Below are positions 13,010 through 26,799 of a stretch of DNA of 64,000 bases, piece by piece. Source of the stretch: Eledone cirrhosa (taxonomy: Eukaryota). The DNA lies in the NCBI GenBank assembly GCA_964016885.1, contig OZ024745.1, positions 77,748,001-77,812,000 of the forward strand, given 5' to 3'. Numbering within the stretch: the first letter of the stretch is position 1; every line of letters starts with the position of its first letter. The position numbers were made by a program, and so were the translations under genes. The notes beneath the pieces are model-generated. The model was not told the DNA's origin, did no database searches, and saw nothing but the letters and a program-made list of their open reading frames with translations.

Positions 13010-16000
13010 ATGGCCAATATAAGAGTTGGATGTGTGAATGCACGCGGCTTGGGGATGTCCTGGAAACAGGGCAAACTCTTAAATGACCTCAGGTCGCACA
13101 GAGGGGATCTAATGGTTATTTGCGAGTCCAGGATCAGCAGCGAGCGCCAACTGGCCCCCATCTTCGACGACTTTGAGATCTACGCATCTCTCTGTCAGCC
13201 GAGGGGTGGGGGTGGGGTTGTCGTTCTGCTGCGAAAATACCTGGGTCATGCCACACAGAAGGTACACCTGGACCCGGAGGGTCGACTGGTGGTTTTAGAC
13301 GTCGGCAGTGGTGAAGGTGGAGCTTTCAGGCTGGTCGCAGCGTATGCCCCATCTGGGACACCGCGACCGGACTTCTTCCGATGCCTGGAGAATTTCCTGG
13401 AAACGTCTCGCTCCTTGCTCTTAGTGGGGGACTGGAATGGTATCCTGGATGCAGGTTGGGACTACGTAGGGGCATGTCCCGATAGAGGGGGGTGTAACAG
13501 CCTCAAACGATTAATCGGCCGATTTAATCTGGCCGATAGATATCGACTAGATTTTCCGACTGTGCCACTGTGGACGTGGAGTAATCGCAGCGGAACATCT
13601 AGGTCGTACCTAGATAGGTTCCTAGTTAGAAATAAGGATAGGGACATATTAAGCTGTCCACGAATGTTCATGGTTGACTATTCGGATCACAAGTTGGTGA
13701 CCAGAGTGGTCAACCTTGATAGAACTCATAGACAGGGACTCGGTTACTGGAAGCTAAACTTGTCTTTACCGACAAACAAAGCTTACAGTAAGCGGATTAG
13801 CACACTAGTTAAGCAGCGTTTGACGGGGGCCATTGACAACAACAGGTGGTGGGGCTCTCTTAAGAGAGAAATTAGAATAGAATCGATAGGTTTTAGTCGG
13901 GAATTAGCATCAGATAGGAATAGAACTGAAAGGGAATTAACAAATAGAGTAGAAGAGGCGATTAGGAGTGGCAACGTGGCCGGCGTGCTGGCGTCAAGAA
14001 CGGCCCTAGACCAGTTCTTTGATGCGAAGCACGAGGGCTGCGTTGTCAGGAGTAAAATACGTGCTCTGGGTAACGAGGGAGCCAAAGCTATTAGCTGGGC
14101 CCGAGTGACAGAGGCAAATAGTGGAAACAAGTCCACGATTCGGTGTTTGAAGGACCAGGATGGACGCGTGATCCTTGAACCTGAGCGGATGAGCGCGGCC
14201 TTTGAACGGCGCTTTGCACGACTGTTCGGGAGGGGCGGCGGGCCGGCTGGGGCCATGGATTTCGGTCCATACCTCGACGGTCTGGCGCGGCTCTCGGACG
14301 GGGAGGCGAAGTCCTGCGAGAGGCCGATTTCAGCCGCTGAAATAGGGGAAGCGCTGAGCCAATGCGGCAAACGCAAATCTCCGGGTCTCGATGGTCTACC
14401 ATACGAACTTTATGTAGCGATGCCGGGCTTGTTCTCCGGTCTCCTCGAGGCGGTCTACTGCAACTGGCAACAGAACGGGAGAATTCCCAGTTCTGTGACC
14501 AAGGGCGTAGTCACGCTGGTGAGGAAGGACGAGAACAAGGGGGATGACATAGATAACTTCAGGCCCATAACTCTGCTAAACACAGAGTTAAAGATTTTGG
14601 CCAAGGTGTTAGCGAAGAGGTTGGCGCTTGTCGTCGGGAACCTGGTGGGAGAAGCGCCCACGTGCGCAATCCCGTCCAGGTCCATACACGACAACCTCCA
14701 CCTCATGCGATACATCGTAGAGAGGGTAGGGAACGAACCCGGCTTTGGTGGGGCCCTGATCAACTTGGATCAATCTAAGGCGTTCGATAGGGTCGACCAT
14801 CGGTACCTGGATACGGTGCTCGCGGCGGCAGGCTTCGGACCCGTTTTCAGGGGCTGGATTGCTGCAATGCACAGCGGCAACACCTGCTCGAGGGTCAAGG
14901 TGAACGGCTACCTCTCGGAGCCGTTCCAAATCACGCGATCCATTCGACAGGGATGCCCTCTCTCCTCCCTCCTGTATGTGCTGGCTCTCGAGCCACTACT
15001 GCGGAAGCTGGAGCTGTTGCAGGGCATCCCCTTGGAAACGGGATTGCGGAAAGCGGTGTCAGCCTACGCCGATGACGTGACAGTAATGGTGTCGTGCGCC
15101 TCGGAAATCGGGCAGATCGGCACCTTACTGGAGGAATATGAAAGGTTCACAGGAGCCAAGCTGAACCGGGACAAGTCCGTCGGTTTGCAACTCGGGACGT
15201 TGGGTGGAAAAACGATGCCCTCCGACGGCATCGTCGGACGCTGGACGGAGGGACCGGTGAAGCTGCTCGGGGTCTGGTTCGGACCGGACCTCCAGGTGGA
15301 GAAAAACTGGGACGAGGTAACGGGAAAGGTGTTTGCACTCGCCCAGAAGTGGGCCGAGTGTAAACTATCCCTGAAAGGTTGAGCGGAGGTGGCGAACGCA
15401 TATATAGCATCCGTCATCTACTACCGCTTGACCGTCGTGCCTTGCCCAGAGAAAACACTCGCCGCAATGGAGCGCGCGCTCTTCCGATTTCTTTGGAAGA
15501 AGCGGGCTCCTTTGGTGAGAAGATCCATCTGCTGTCAACACCCTTCGAACGGAGCGCTGGGGTTGCCGTGGCTGACGATGCATAGACACGCATTAAGGCT
15601 ACGGCACCGCCAGGTATTCCTCACCGGTCAGCCGGTGTGGGCCCTGTTTGTGAGGCGAGCCTTTCCGAGACTCGTCTCACTCACCGAGCTGCAATCCAGG
15701 GTCAAGCAAAGACCGAGAAAAGTGGGTGACTGGCACATTGAATGTGCCCAGGCGCTCACGGCCCTCTGGCAAGCGGATCCGGCAATCAGTGGAGACTCAA
15801 CCTCAACATTCTATAGAGGGTTGGTGCGCAGTAAGTACGACGACGCTCTCGGAGAGGCTCTGGCATGGAGGAAGACGAGCTGGCCAGTCTGTTCGGTAGG
15901 ACGTTTGGCCCGGGACCGATGGACAACTTCCAAAAGTCCCTGGCTTGGCAATGTTACCGAGGAGCTCTACCCGTTCGGGACAAGCTCTACAGACACTGGC

Positions 16001-16446
16001 GCCCGGGTAGGGACCCCTCGAAGAAGATCTGTCCAAGATGCATGCGTGACGAGGAAACCGTCGCACACGCATTCGTACACTGCCGGGGCGTTGCTGACCT
16101 GTGGGGCTATGTAGAACAACTACTGTCGCGGGTGGGACCAATCCGGTTGACCACCGAGAACATTGTCACGATCAAACCGCCTCTCCCTTTCAAAAACGAA
16201 GGAGAGGCGGTTTTCCTCTATGTGATAGCCATGGCGAAAGAAGTTGTATGGTGGACAAGGTTGAAAGGGCTGAGGTCAGACACCTTTCTCTCCTGCCAAC
16301 AACTGGTCTTTTTTTTCAAGTACCACTTTAGAAGAAGGATCAGAATGGAGAGAGAGGTGCTCTACCCTAGCAAGTTTTATGAAAGATGGGTGAAAGTAGC
16401 GAGAATGGCCCGAGTGAATGGGCCTTCTCTCTATATCAGCCTGTAG
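13010..16446 (+). pseudogene. LINE ORF2 (APE + RT + Cys domain), with a TGA at 15380 and a frameshift at about 15865
   Basis: GDWN, SYLDRFL, SDHK, QGCPLS, YADD, CPRC..H..C. Confidence 0.95.
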
Positions 16447-17094
16447 GTGAGAGAGGAGAAGAATGAGAAGAGGAAGGAAGCACCCGCTCTTTGTGCTCCT
16501 GAAGAGGAGGGTTGCACATTTTTTCGGAGGTGTGTGCGACCCATGTCAACGCCTCTTCCTATTGAGGACATCGATTGTTAAATTTAATTTATTATATGTT
16601 TTTTACACGTCTTTTTAAATGTATGTAAACTCCCCCCTTTGTATTTGTCCCAATCTTTGATGCCCTGGTGGCAAATAAATAAATATATATCAATTAACAC
16701 CAAACTCTCCCCCTCTCTATATCTAATACACGGAACTCTCTTCCAATCCCCCTCTCTATATCAATAAACACCAATCTCTCCCCATCTCTATATCTATATA
16801 GAGAGCATATACAAATATATGTGTGTTTTGGTAGTTTAAAGAGAAAAATATAATTATTGTTGGTCCATGCAAAACCCTCCAGTTCCACCGCACCTGATTA
16901 GTATTGAGTGTTCAACTGTCCATGGTGGTGGTGTTGGTGGTGGTGGTGGTAGGGTGGGGGAGGGTTAATGAGGTGTAAGATACATGTCTTTTGATAAGAA
17001 TGGGCTGACAGTAAAGAGAAAAATAAAGATAGTTTTGGAATGTCTAAAAACATCTGACTGATAAAAGGACAAGTCAGTCAATCATATTGGTGGC

Positions 17095-17440
17095 GTCCCC
17101 ACAGCCCCGGCGGACAGAATAGAGAAAGCGTTTCTCCGGAGGACGGCAGGGAGACGCGCTGGAAAAGCCACTCCAGCTCGCGAGGCTCACACCTGCAGCT
17201 GGCCTGTTCAGCGCCTATGGTCGTGAGTAGGGAGGTAGCCCTAGGGCCGAGGACACCAGAAGTCTCCACTGCCAAGGGTACAACCGCAAACCTGTCGGAG
17301 AGCGACTGGTATTTGAAGAGTTTGGCCTCCTCAGCCCGACGTGCAGCAGAACCTGAGTTAGTCGCAGACTGAACCAGGTTGCGGCTGGAGAAAGTGTCGG
17401 TGCAAGTGGCATCCCAGACGAGGGGTTTGCCACCGCGGAA
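17095..17440 (-). mobile_element. 3' fragment of a CRE-like (restriction-like endonuclease) non-LTR element
   Basis: GKPLVWDATCTDTF..AVETSGVLGP..WLFQRVS. Highly similar to 43020-43440. Confidence 0.8.
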
Positions 17441-17928
17441 CCACGAATGTCTATCTTTATGTTTGTTTATTCTTGTCTTAATTTTGCAAATAAAACAGTA
17501 TCAAGTAGTGCTTTTTGGGAGTGTCCGGACATTTGGGCATTGAGGGGTCATTTTTTTAAAAAATTAACCTTGGTCTGGGATCAAATGTTAAAAAAAAATG
17601 TTTAAACTTTATTATTCATAAATTTTGAAATTTATGTTTTCGGGGGTGAGAGGTGCCAGACTCTAACCTTGCCTAGGGTGCCAGATAGTCTGGCGTCGGA
17701 CTTGGGTAAAGGTGATGGTAGTTGTGAAGAAGCCGATGTTAGTTTTGATGTCGTTAGTGTCTCTGCTTCTGGGGGTTGATTGTGGTGTATTGTGGTAGTT
17801 ATAAGTGACTATGATGGAGGTGATGGTGATGCTGGAGGTAATTGTTAGTGCTAGTAGCAGTTGCTGGTTACCCCTCCAGCTTCAAGCATATCATTCTTAT
17901 TTCGAGATCAGGTCCTTTCCGAAATATA

Positions 17929-18276
17929 CTTTTTTCAGGTCTTGAATAATGCCCCCACCCCCACCCTGCTCATTAATTTTTTTCATATATTTTCCCTCCC
18001 CGCTTGTATTCCACCCCCACCTTCCGCTTATTAAATTTTGCTAATCTAAATTTTATTGTAAGTGATTCAAATTGCAGCTGGAGAATCTAATAATAATTTT
18101 ATTTTACAAGAAAAAAACATTATATATGACAAAAAAACAACATTACAAGAAATCCCATATTTATGAACGTACACTATACAATTACCGATTTCCGTCCTCG
18201 CCCCCGCTAATAAGAATTTAAGCAAATGTCCAAACCCCCTGCTTATTCCACCCCGCTATTATTTGGGACCCGAGAG
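17929..18276. mobile_element. MITE copy B (no SINE)
   Basis: Homologous to 10097-10618. Ends GGGACCCGAGAG|TA. Confidence 0.7.
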
Positions 18277-18357
18277 TACTATCTCTGTATTTATTGAAGA
18301 CTGACCTAATGTGGCATAAAACTTGTCATCAAGAAAAACGAGTGAAAATGTCTGTTA

Positions 18358-18551
18358 CAGACCTGCCAACCTCTAAACACTAAAACGAGGAGTACCATGA
18401 AAAAAGTGTCCCACAACGGGGAGAAATGAGGAAAAATAGGGAGATTTTACATAATGAACGTTATACCCATTTCCGCAAGAAAAGATATCTTTCATCCACC
18501 CAAATGAGGGTGGGAGATCACCCCGTCAAACGGGGAGATTTGACAGGTCTG
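18358..18551. mobile_element. 194-bp MITE
   Basis: CAGACCTGCCAACCTC ... GAGATTTGACAGGTCTG TIR. Flanks CTGTTA and TTGTTA. Confidence 0.7.
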
Positions 18552-19339
18552 TTGTTAGCTAGAACGCTAAGTCTTAGAGAAGGTTATTTCATAAATCGTA
18601 ACCTCAGACAACTGACCTTACTTTAGACATATTGCCCATTTACGAAATCAACCTGCAATAAATTCATAGTTGGTGTTAAGTGAGATAAGTTTAAAACGAG
18701 GACTACACATATTCCTACTTGGGATCAGCTCTGGGTTGAATTACAAGCTGCATCATCACTTCCCAGCTGCAAAACATATCTATTAATATCGATAAAATAA
18801 AGAAAATCAAAGCAACTTTCTAATATATCACATGTATGTACAAAGTTTGTTATTGACCAATAAAGCCATAATTGAAGGCAGTAAAATAAGAAGGAGGGAT
18901 CAAATAATGACAGGAATTGATTACCAGAAGGATTTTAAGTTTGGAATCTGTAAACAAATAATGTATGCTGCTAACAAGAAGATACACCTAACATAATATG
19001 AGTAAATGGAAGAGTTGTGTGCTAAAGCCCTACCCGGAAATGTAAAAACAAAAATAATCCCTATCATAAGACGAATCTTCGAAAGTGAATCCTTACCTTT
19101 TGTACCCTGCGTGAATCCTTCTTTTGTACCCTGCGCTTAAAGTAATATGCTAAACCAGACTTGATGCAGGTTCAAATGCTAATAACATGATAACCAGTCA
19201 TCATTTATAGATGCATTACAGAATATATAAAATAGTAATACTAGGTCCTGCATATACATTCGTAGATAACACTCAATAAAATGGAAAAATATAATATCTG
19301 AAAAAACAACACAAAAAAACAATAACCTGAGACATATTC

Positions 19340-20062
19340 TCTAAACGGTTGCAAGGAATGGTGTGTGTATCCCCCATTGTGAGGCAGCAGTCATGATGGT
19401 GAAAGGTTGATTCAAGTGATTCCCAAGACATACATGGCTGGGGCTGTGGGAGTAGATTGAAACAATAGCATCAATAATTTTAGAAGGAATTCCATTTTGC
19501 ATAGTATTTCTCACATGACATTTCTGTTGATAGAGTCGAATGTCTTGCTGATATTTACAAAGGTGGCAACAAGTGGTAGATAACGTTGGTGGCAAGCCTC
19601 TATAATCCACTCAGCACGTGTATTTGCTCTATACATTTTCGCCCTTTGCGAAGTCCTGCTTGGTAGGGCCGAAGGATTTTATTATTGGTTCCTAGATGCG
19701 ATCAGGAGCATTCTGTCAAATAGTTTTCCAGCGATTGACATCTGAAGTCTGTCATGTTCTTTGATGGCTTCTATAGAATAAGTATGATAATATTTTCTCT
19801 CCATTGCTTTGGTGCTTATTTTTGATTGAGAACAAGGTTTGTAATTTCAAGGAGTGCGGAATGGAGTAGTTTTCCCCCAATGGATTCCTGGAGATTTGTT
19901 GGCTTTTATAGATTTAATTGCTGCAAGCAGTTGCATAGAAGTGAATTTAGATGTGTTGACATCCGAGTTCACTGATGTTTCCGGAAATCTTAATACAGCC
20001 GCAGAGGTGCTTTCAGTTTTCAAGAGTTCTTCGAAATAGTTTCGCCTGTCTTCTAATAGCCT
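19340..20062 (-). pseudogene. Heavily decayed LINE RT fragment (probably RTE-related)
   Basis: YFEELL...AAIKSIKANKSPG; GIPSKIIDAIVSIY...PFTIMTAASQWG (degenerate QG motif). Confidence 0.6.
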
Positions 20063-20085
20063 ATACATACACACACACACACGCT

Positions 20086-20126
<41 letters not shown>

Positions 20127-20929
20127 GTGTGTAATTGTGTGTATGTGCGCGCACACACACACATACACACACACACACACACACATATATACATATATAT
20201 ACATATATATATATGTGTGTATGTGTGCGTATGTGTGTGTGTGCGTGCGCGTGTAGCAAATTTGAACATGAAATACGAGTATAATGGTGTCATTGCATAA
20301 TATTGAATTGAGTTTGCACTACGGCTTAGAAGAAGCTGCCAGAAAGTTGCATATGAGACAACTCAACAACATAGTGAGGTGTGTGTGTGGGGGGGGGGGG
20401 GGGTCAACAAGTGTGTGTGTTTTCGACTAGAAGAGCAAAGTGGGTACGTATACAAATAACAATAAAAAGTCTTATGACTGAAGACAAGACAGGATACACT
20501 GCAGTCATTGCAAATGGTAAGGCCGGAAGGAGGGAACTATACATATAATGCAAAGTAAACCTTCAGTAAGAATACCATTCAGCATATACATCCGTATGTC
20601 TTGTGAGACTTCTACATCTGGAAAAACTTGAGCCTGCCAGAGTTGGTCGAGTGCAGAGAGGTGATAGATTAGTGTCTTCATATTCGAGTCCTGTTGGTAT
20701 TTTTTTTATCGAATCCGGATGTATGAAAAGCAAAGATGAACTCTACAGAATTTAAACACAACGTAAAGAGACAGAACAAATATCGCAAATCATTTCCTCC
20801 GACAAAAAAAAAATGACTCTACCATCGACGAGTCATACAATGTCGGATAAAACATCTTGCAACTTTTGTTTCAGCTCTCTGTGTTCTATGTTAAAAAACC
20901 GCTGCAGTCAACTTTTCATTTATTTTAAT

Positions 20930-21325
20930 GTCGTCGTCGTCGTCTTCGTCTTCTTCTTCTTCTTCTTCTTCTTCTTGAGATGGTCGTGGGGGCAGAGTCC
21001 TCAAACACTCCTTCCAGCAGGTCATGTTAGAAGCAACCATCTCCAATTGATTTGGCTTGATCCCCAAGTGCGACCAGCCAAGCTCATGGATGTTATCCAA
21101 CCATCTTGCTGGGTCTCTTGTCGGTTGGTATTGCCCATAAAATCTGTTCAGCGATTCTTTCCTGAGACATTCTAACCACATATCAACAGTATCGGAGCTG
21201 TGATCTTTCAATTCAGAGAAGTAGTGGCTCTACCTGGAGTGCCTCTCTGATCTCCGAGCGACGCATTCTATCGAACAACATTACTTCAACGACTCTTCGA
21301 AGGAATCCCATTTCAGCCGTTTGTA
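20930..21325 (-). mobile_element. RTE-clade LINE 3' fragment with (GAA)n tail
   Basis: IQTAEMGFLRRVVEVMLFDRMRRSEIREALQVEPLLL, with the (TTC)n tail at the left end. Confidence 0.85.
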
Positions 21326-21915
21326 TTTTAATGTAATCTTCAAATCCATTATGCAACCCTGCGTTTATGAAAAAATACATTTCACACGGAATTGGCGATT
21401 TGAGGAAACAAAAGAATCTAAAACTGTATACAATGAAGAGATGGTAGTAATGTCTAGGCTGAGATTGCATGAGCTTTAATGAGATCTTATAGAAATAACA
21501 TGCGTCATTTGAAGAAAGGCAGCGAGGCTGTAGTTTTAAATATGGTTTGGCCGGTATCATAGCAATAAAACAATGAAAAGAAATAGTAGACATTTGAGAT
21601 GATATAGTCTTAGTTGTTATCATTTACTTTGCAGTTTATGGTTGTCTTTGTTAATATATAAAATCTGGATTTATTTGTAAATCGCTGCCAGAATGCTACT
21701 TTTCACTTTACGTGAAAACTCGCCTAAATACAAATATAAGTAATAAAAACAATATAGCAAAACCAAATACTAAAAACAATGATTACTTTTTATGTAAAAA
21801 TAGAAGAAACCAAATCAAATTTTCTTTTACTATACAAACTGCGTACTGATAATGAACAATGTTAACGAGAGAGAGTTATTGAATCAATAAAAATGTATTA
21901 TAGTGGTTTGTGTGT

Positions 21916-22225
21916 GAAGGCGCATGGCTTAGTGGTTAGACTATAGGACTTGCAATTGAGAGGTTGTGAGTTCGATTCTCGGACCAGGTGATGCGTTGTG
22001 TCCAAGACACTTTATTTCACGTTGCCCCAGTTTACTCAGCTGCAGAAATGAGTTGTGACGTCACTGGTGCCAAGCTGTATTGGTCATTGCCTTTCCCTTG
22101 GACAACATGGAATGCGTGGAGAGGAGGGACTGGTATGCATGGGCGACTACTGGTCTTCCAGAAAACAAACCTTGGAGAGAAACTTTCTAGGTCCAAAACC
22201 ATGGTCATTCGTGACCGAGTGGGAC
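21916..22225 (+). mobile_element. tRNA-derived SINE with CORE-like segment
   Basis: A-box TGGCTTAGTGG, B-box GAGTTCGATTC, then TGTGTCC..AAGACACTT. Confidence 0.75.
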
Positions 22226-22896
22226 CATAGAGATAGTGGTTTAAGAGACCAAAATCTAAACATTTTCCTGTCAGAATGAGCAAAGGCAGTCCAAATAAGT
22301 TTTTAAGAAGTATCTATCTTTTCCTTCAAACATAACACGATATCGCATAACTAATTAATAAGATTTCACACACACACTCTTCACTCCTGTCTCTGTATGT
22401 ATTTTTATCTTTACTGCCAGCCTGGGATCTTTAATTAAACCCCACCTTTATCGTAAGCACCACACGCATAACCAAACATATTACTTACCCCCTCATACAG
22501 CTTCATCAACTGTAATCTGTGCAAATCTATGTTAGTGTCTGAAAACTATCTATTTGAATTTGTGGTATCAAATTCCAAAAGGATATCCCAACACTCTTAA
22601 ACATAAAAATATGAAAATAATATGTTATCTCTGTTAGCTATGTCACTTAACTTATCTTCCGCAATCTCTTTCTCAATTTCATTTTCGCGAACAATCATTT
22701 GATTTGACTTACCACTGATGGAAAGAAAAGTCTACTTTTATGAGATTTCAGCTCAGAGTGTTGGCCGAGGGACGAAACTAAATAAGGTTCAGTACGCTAT
22801 AATTTGTTTTCTGCTAGTTATGTCCGTTACAAACTAAACAACGGGTGCGCAATATAAAATTATGAAACATAATAAGTGTTATTATTAATTACGATA

Positions 22897-23345
22897 TGGG
22901 CGGTGGTTTGGCAGTATCGGTAGAGCGTCAGACACCATGTTTTGCGGCATAGTTATGGCCCTTTGCGTTCTGAGTTCAAATCCGCCGAGGTTAACTTTGC
23001 CTTTCATCCTTACGAGGTAGTTAAAATAAAGTACCAGTGGTGCACTGGGGTAATCGCTGGACTTGTGCCAAAATTAGAAACTCTCTGGCTTTGTGCCAAA
23101 AGTAGAAACAATTATTAATTACGATATGAAGGACAGTGGAATGGCAGTATCGGTAGAACATCGGACAATATGCTTTGCGATATAGAGTTATGGCCCTTTA
23201 CGTTCTGAGTTCAAATCCCGCCGAGGTTAGCTTTGCCTTTCATTCTTAAAATAAAGTACCAGTCATGCACTGGGGTCGATTTAATCGTCTTTCTCCACCC
23301 ACCAAAATTGCTACCCTTCTGCCTAAAGTAGAAACAATTATTAAT
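22897..23345 (+). mobile_element. Two tandem family-B SINEs (22897-23120 and 23127-23345)
   Basis: Same A/B boxes and GCCTTTCATCC core as 10397. Confidence 0.85.
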
Positions 23346-24084
23346 TAAGAAATGCTTCAGGTTAAATATTCCTTATTTGAATGTAACAGATTTTAGATAA
23401 AACTGCATATTCTGGTGAATTTCTGACAGCATTTACTATTACTTTATTAAACATACGTAGATACCTCATATAAAAAAAAGGTGGGAAGTCTCTCTTTTTG
23501 TAAACAACAACAAAACAAATTCCTACTCACATTCAAGGGTTATATTCATGACACATTGATGTTATTAGCGTTATACCTTCTAGTGGCAAGAGTAAGTTTA
23601 TCATAATTGAACGAATGACGAAAGCCAGTGTAACTCTTCTGGTATGTTACAATATATTGAACGCTGCTAAAGAACATTTAGGTTGAGTTTAATATTACTC
23701 TATTTTGTTTTTTCCTTGTGAAATGTCAAATTTCACGTCTAATTACTTGGGTGTCGAATGGATCGAGAAAGGTGAATAATTTGTTTCCAAATTGCAGAAA
23801 TAAAAGCTGTAGTGGTGGGGTGGTGCATATACAGCCAATTAATATATTTTATAGTTAATTGTCGTACTTCCAATTATGAGCATCCAATTTGTAGTTAAAT
23901 ATACCTTTTTTTAAAAAAAATATATATGTATTAGATGGTAGTACGTTTCTCAATTGATATATATTCATATATCGTTTAAAATTATATTATATAAATGATG
24001 CTCTGAACAAATTTTCATTGAGCTTTCTACTGCGAAACATTATCGATACATGTTTTATAAGTATTGATTAAACCGAAAATTAAG

Positions 24085-24200
<116 letters not shown>

Positions 24201-24406
24201 TTCGTTTCTGAATTTGTTTAGCAAGATTCTTTATCTGAAATCGTGTGTTGAAACCGATATTGTTATACTTTGGGAGGGTCATGTTGCCAATAAGAAACAC
24301 ACGCACCAGTTGCTTTCACTTCAATTTATTATAATAAATTTATAAATTTAGGAATTTATAAATTTCTGGTTGGTTGGTTCCACAACCAGATAGTTGTTTA
24401 TATAGT

Positions 24407-24449
24407 GTCAAAGTTCTTTCGTCACACATTCTGTGACCTCTTCAGTGAC
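24407..24449 (-). ncRNA. Minimal hammerhead ribozyme
   Basis: Minus strand gtca-CTGAAGA-g-gtcacagaatgtgtgac-GAAAG-aa-CTT-tgac. The CUU cleavage triplet is atypical. Confidence 0.65.
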
Positions 24450-24719
24450 TGGGGATTCTTTTCTTTGTTTTTGTGCCTCTCCTTTGTTCTGTCCTACGTC
24501 TTCTTTAAATTTGCAAAAGAGCCCGCATCAGTACATACCGTATTATTGAGGTATGTGTATGTGTAAGTTCTATAATCATATACTTCAGATGATATATATA
24601 TGTGCGTATGTGTGTGCGTGCATTCGTGAGTTTTATATCGAATAATAATAATATTATTAATATTCAATTGGTTTGCGAGTAAAGCCATGTGCTTTAGACG
24701 ACTATCATCATCCTTTTGT

Positions 24720-25092
24720 TGTAGCAGTAGCAGAGACAAAAAAATCGACAATTGTTTCAGGAGGAGCTTCTAAAAAAAAACTGGACCAACAGTCTCTCTA
24801 TAGAAGGTGTCAATATACAACTTGACAAAATCTAAGCAATATGCCCCATGTTTGTCCCGGAAAGAAAGGCCAACAGACACAAGGATATAATTCCTAGAGA
24901 ATCATTATGAGATGGACGAAGATCTCAAACTGATTAAATATACAAATAAGAAGCAAGAAGGAATCCCATTTGAAGCAGGCATTGTTTCAAACTGAAAATG
25001 AGCTCAAACTCTCCCACGAAAAGAAGAAGAGAAGCCAGGGCTATGGAAAACAAAGACGAACCCCAAGGCCTTCTTTAAATTTGCAAAAGAGC
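24720..25092 (+). pseudogene. Decayed CR1/L2-like LINE fragment
   Basis: Ends in KTNPKAFFKFAK, typical of the region upstream of RT. 24500-24593 is duplicated at 25071-25149. Confidence 0.45.
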
Positions 25093-26799
25093 CCGCATCA
25101 GTACATACCATATTATTGAGGTATGTGTAATCATATACTTCAGATGATAATCTTGTCTGGGATAATCAAAATCTAAAAGACTTTTTAAAATTGAGTTTAA
25201 ATTTTTGTGGGAACAATATGAGAAAATACAGGACCGTTTTTTATTATTTCGTGTTATAACATTGACACCTGGCACGCAACAGGCCACATTAGTCTAAAGT
25301 TATAAATTAGCAAGAAGCATACATATATACATATCAGCCTGTATATATTCCAATACATATCTCTTCTGACTAAGAATAACTTTTTAAGAAACAACTTATA
25401 CTCTAGTCAATCAATCCCGGTATGTTAATGTTGCTAACTTCAATTTCTATAGGATTTTAAATATCTACCTTAAAGATTTATAAATGCTGGCTGAAACTAT
25501 ATTGCCTTCTCATCCTGAAAGTGTTGATTCATTTCAGCATATGAAACATTTTGACTTCACCAAAGTTACTATAATTGCAATGCGATTAAAGCATTTAATG
25601 GTTTCAAAAGAAACACTCAAAGAATATTTTAGAAATACATTAAATGGGAAACTGAAGAGAGAGAATGAAAGGAAAATAAACAAGAACATCATAAAAAAAA
25701 TCAAGGAAAGACGGCAGCATAAAAGTTATGGCTATTTATTTTTTGAAATTTACTAAAAGAAAGGATCAGTTTGTTCACGACACGTAGCTGGTAATAATTT
25801 AAACTTGTGAATAAAATCTATTATTAGTTTAAAAAAAAAAAAAAAGAAAAAGCAATTTCTGTAAATAAAAATGAAAACGCAACTTTTAAACATTCTAAAC
25901 ATAACTTAGCTTGTACTACTTACGTATAGTTAACTTAGAAAAAAATATATATAGGAAAAAGAAGTTTAAAACGCAATTGGATTCCTTAAGGTTTATTTAC
26001 AATAATAACGTTACCTGTTTCACAAGTTTCGTGATTTTCAAAGGTGAAGAGATATGGAGATGTGTATGGCTATTGCCATTGTGTAGCACACCTCTAATAG
26101 GTATTGGGAAGTCCTTTCAGTCTTATGCAAAAAAGTGTCTCAGACTGCTATCTGTTTAAATCACAGGTTCTCAACCCATTTAGGGCAAATCACGAAATCA
26201 CGAAATTCCCCCTCCCATATTTTTCCTTTTTTCAATATACTACTGATTTTGATATCAGTAGATTACTAAAAATTTGATTAACAATATTCCAAAGATACCA
26301 TTGCAGGCAGCTGAGAGTAAAAATACATTCCTTGAAAGGAAATATATAAATTTAAAAAAAAGGAACATAAATGTTCTTTTTTATGAATAAGGACCAGTTG
26401 AATTTGTTTTATTCCCATCAGGCGATACCAGCTATTTTGAACATTTATACAAGAGCAACTCTGTCTATCCCAAGAGTGCTCTTATCTGGAAGAAAGTGGC
26501 AACTATATCATTTCAAAGCTTTCCAATTTTCCCTTTAATGAAACGGACAGAATAAATGTTGATATCTAACTTGATGTCCCCTCTGCTTTGTGAGCTTAGA
26601 GACCACGGAAGAGGGTTTTCATGACCACGCTGGAGGGTGTATTTATAAATAAATGGTAAAATATATACAACAAATGAGTAATTGAATTGTAGTAGATGGT
26701 TTCCAGTCCAGTCAGACTGCAACTACAAATAAAAAATTGTTAGTTTGCTTTGTAACAATAGCATATTCAAGTTTTCGGATAAATCAACTTACTTTAACT

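Larger units (their letters stand above)
10973..16685 (+). mobile_element. Full-length Tx1/L1-clade LINE, copy 2
   Basis: 5' UTR, decayed ORF1, ORF2, (AAAT)n tail. TSD TATATCAATTA at 10962-10972 and 16686-16696. Confidence 0.92.
8971..17704 (+). mobile_element. Decayed hAT DNA transposon carrying nested insertions
   Basis: Left end CAGGGTCGGCGCTA, right end TGGCGTCGGACTTG (9/14 inverted match). Flanks CGTAAAGG (8963-8970) and GGTAAAGG (17705-17712) form a 7/8 TSD. hAT dimerisation-domain fragment inside. Confidence 0.6.

Noticed and set aside
21916-21990. Functional tRNA gene
   Set aside because: The acceptor stem is poor and the sequence continues into a SINE body.
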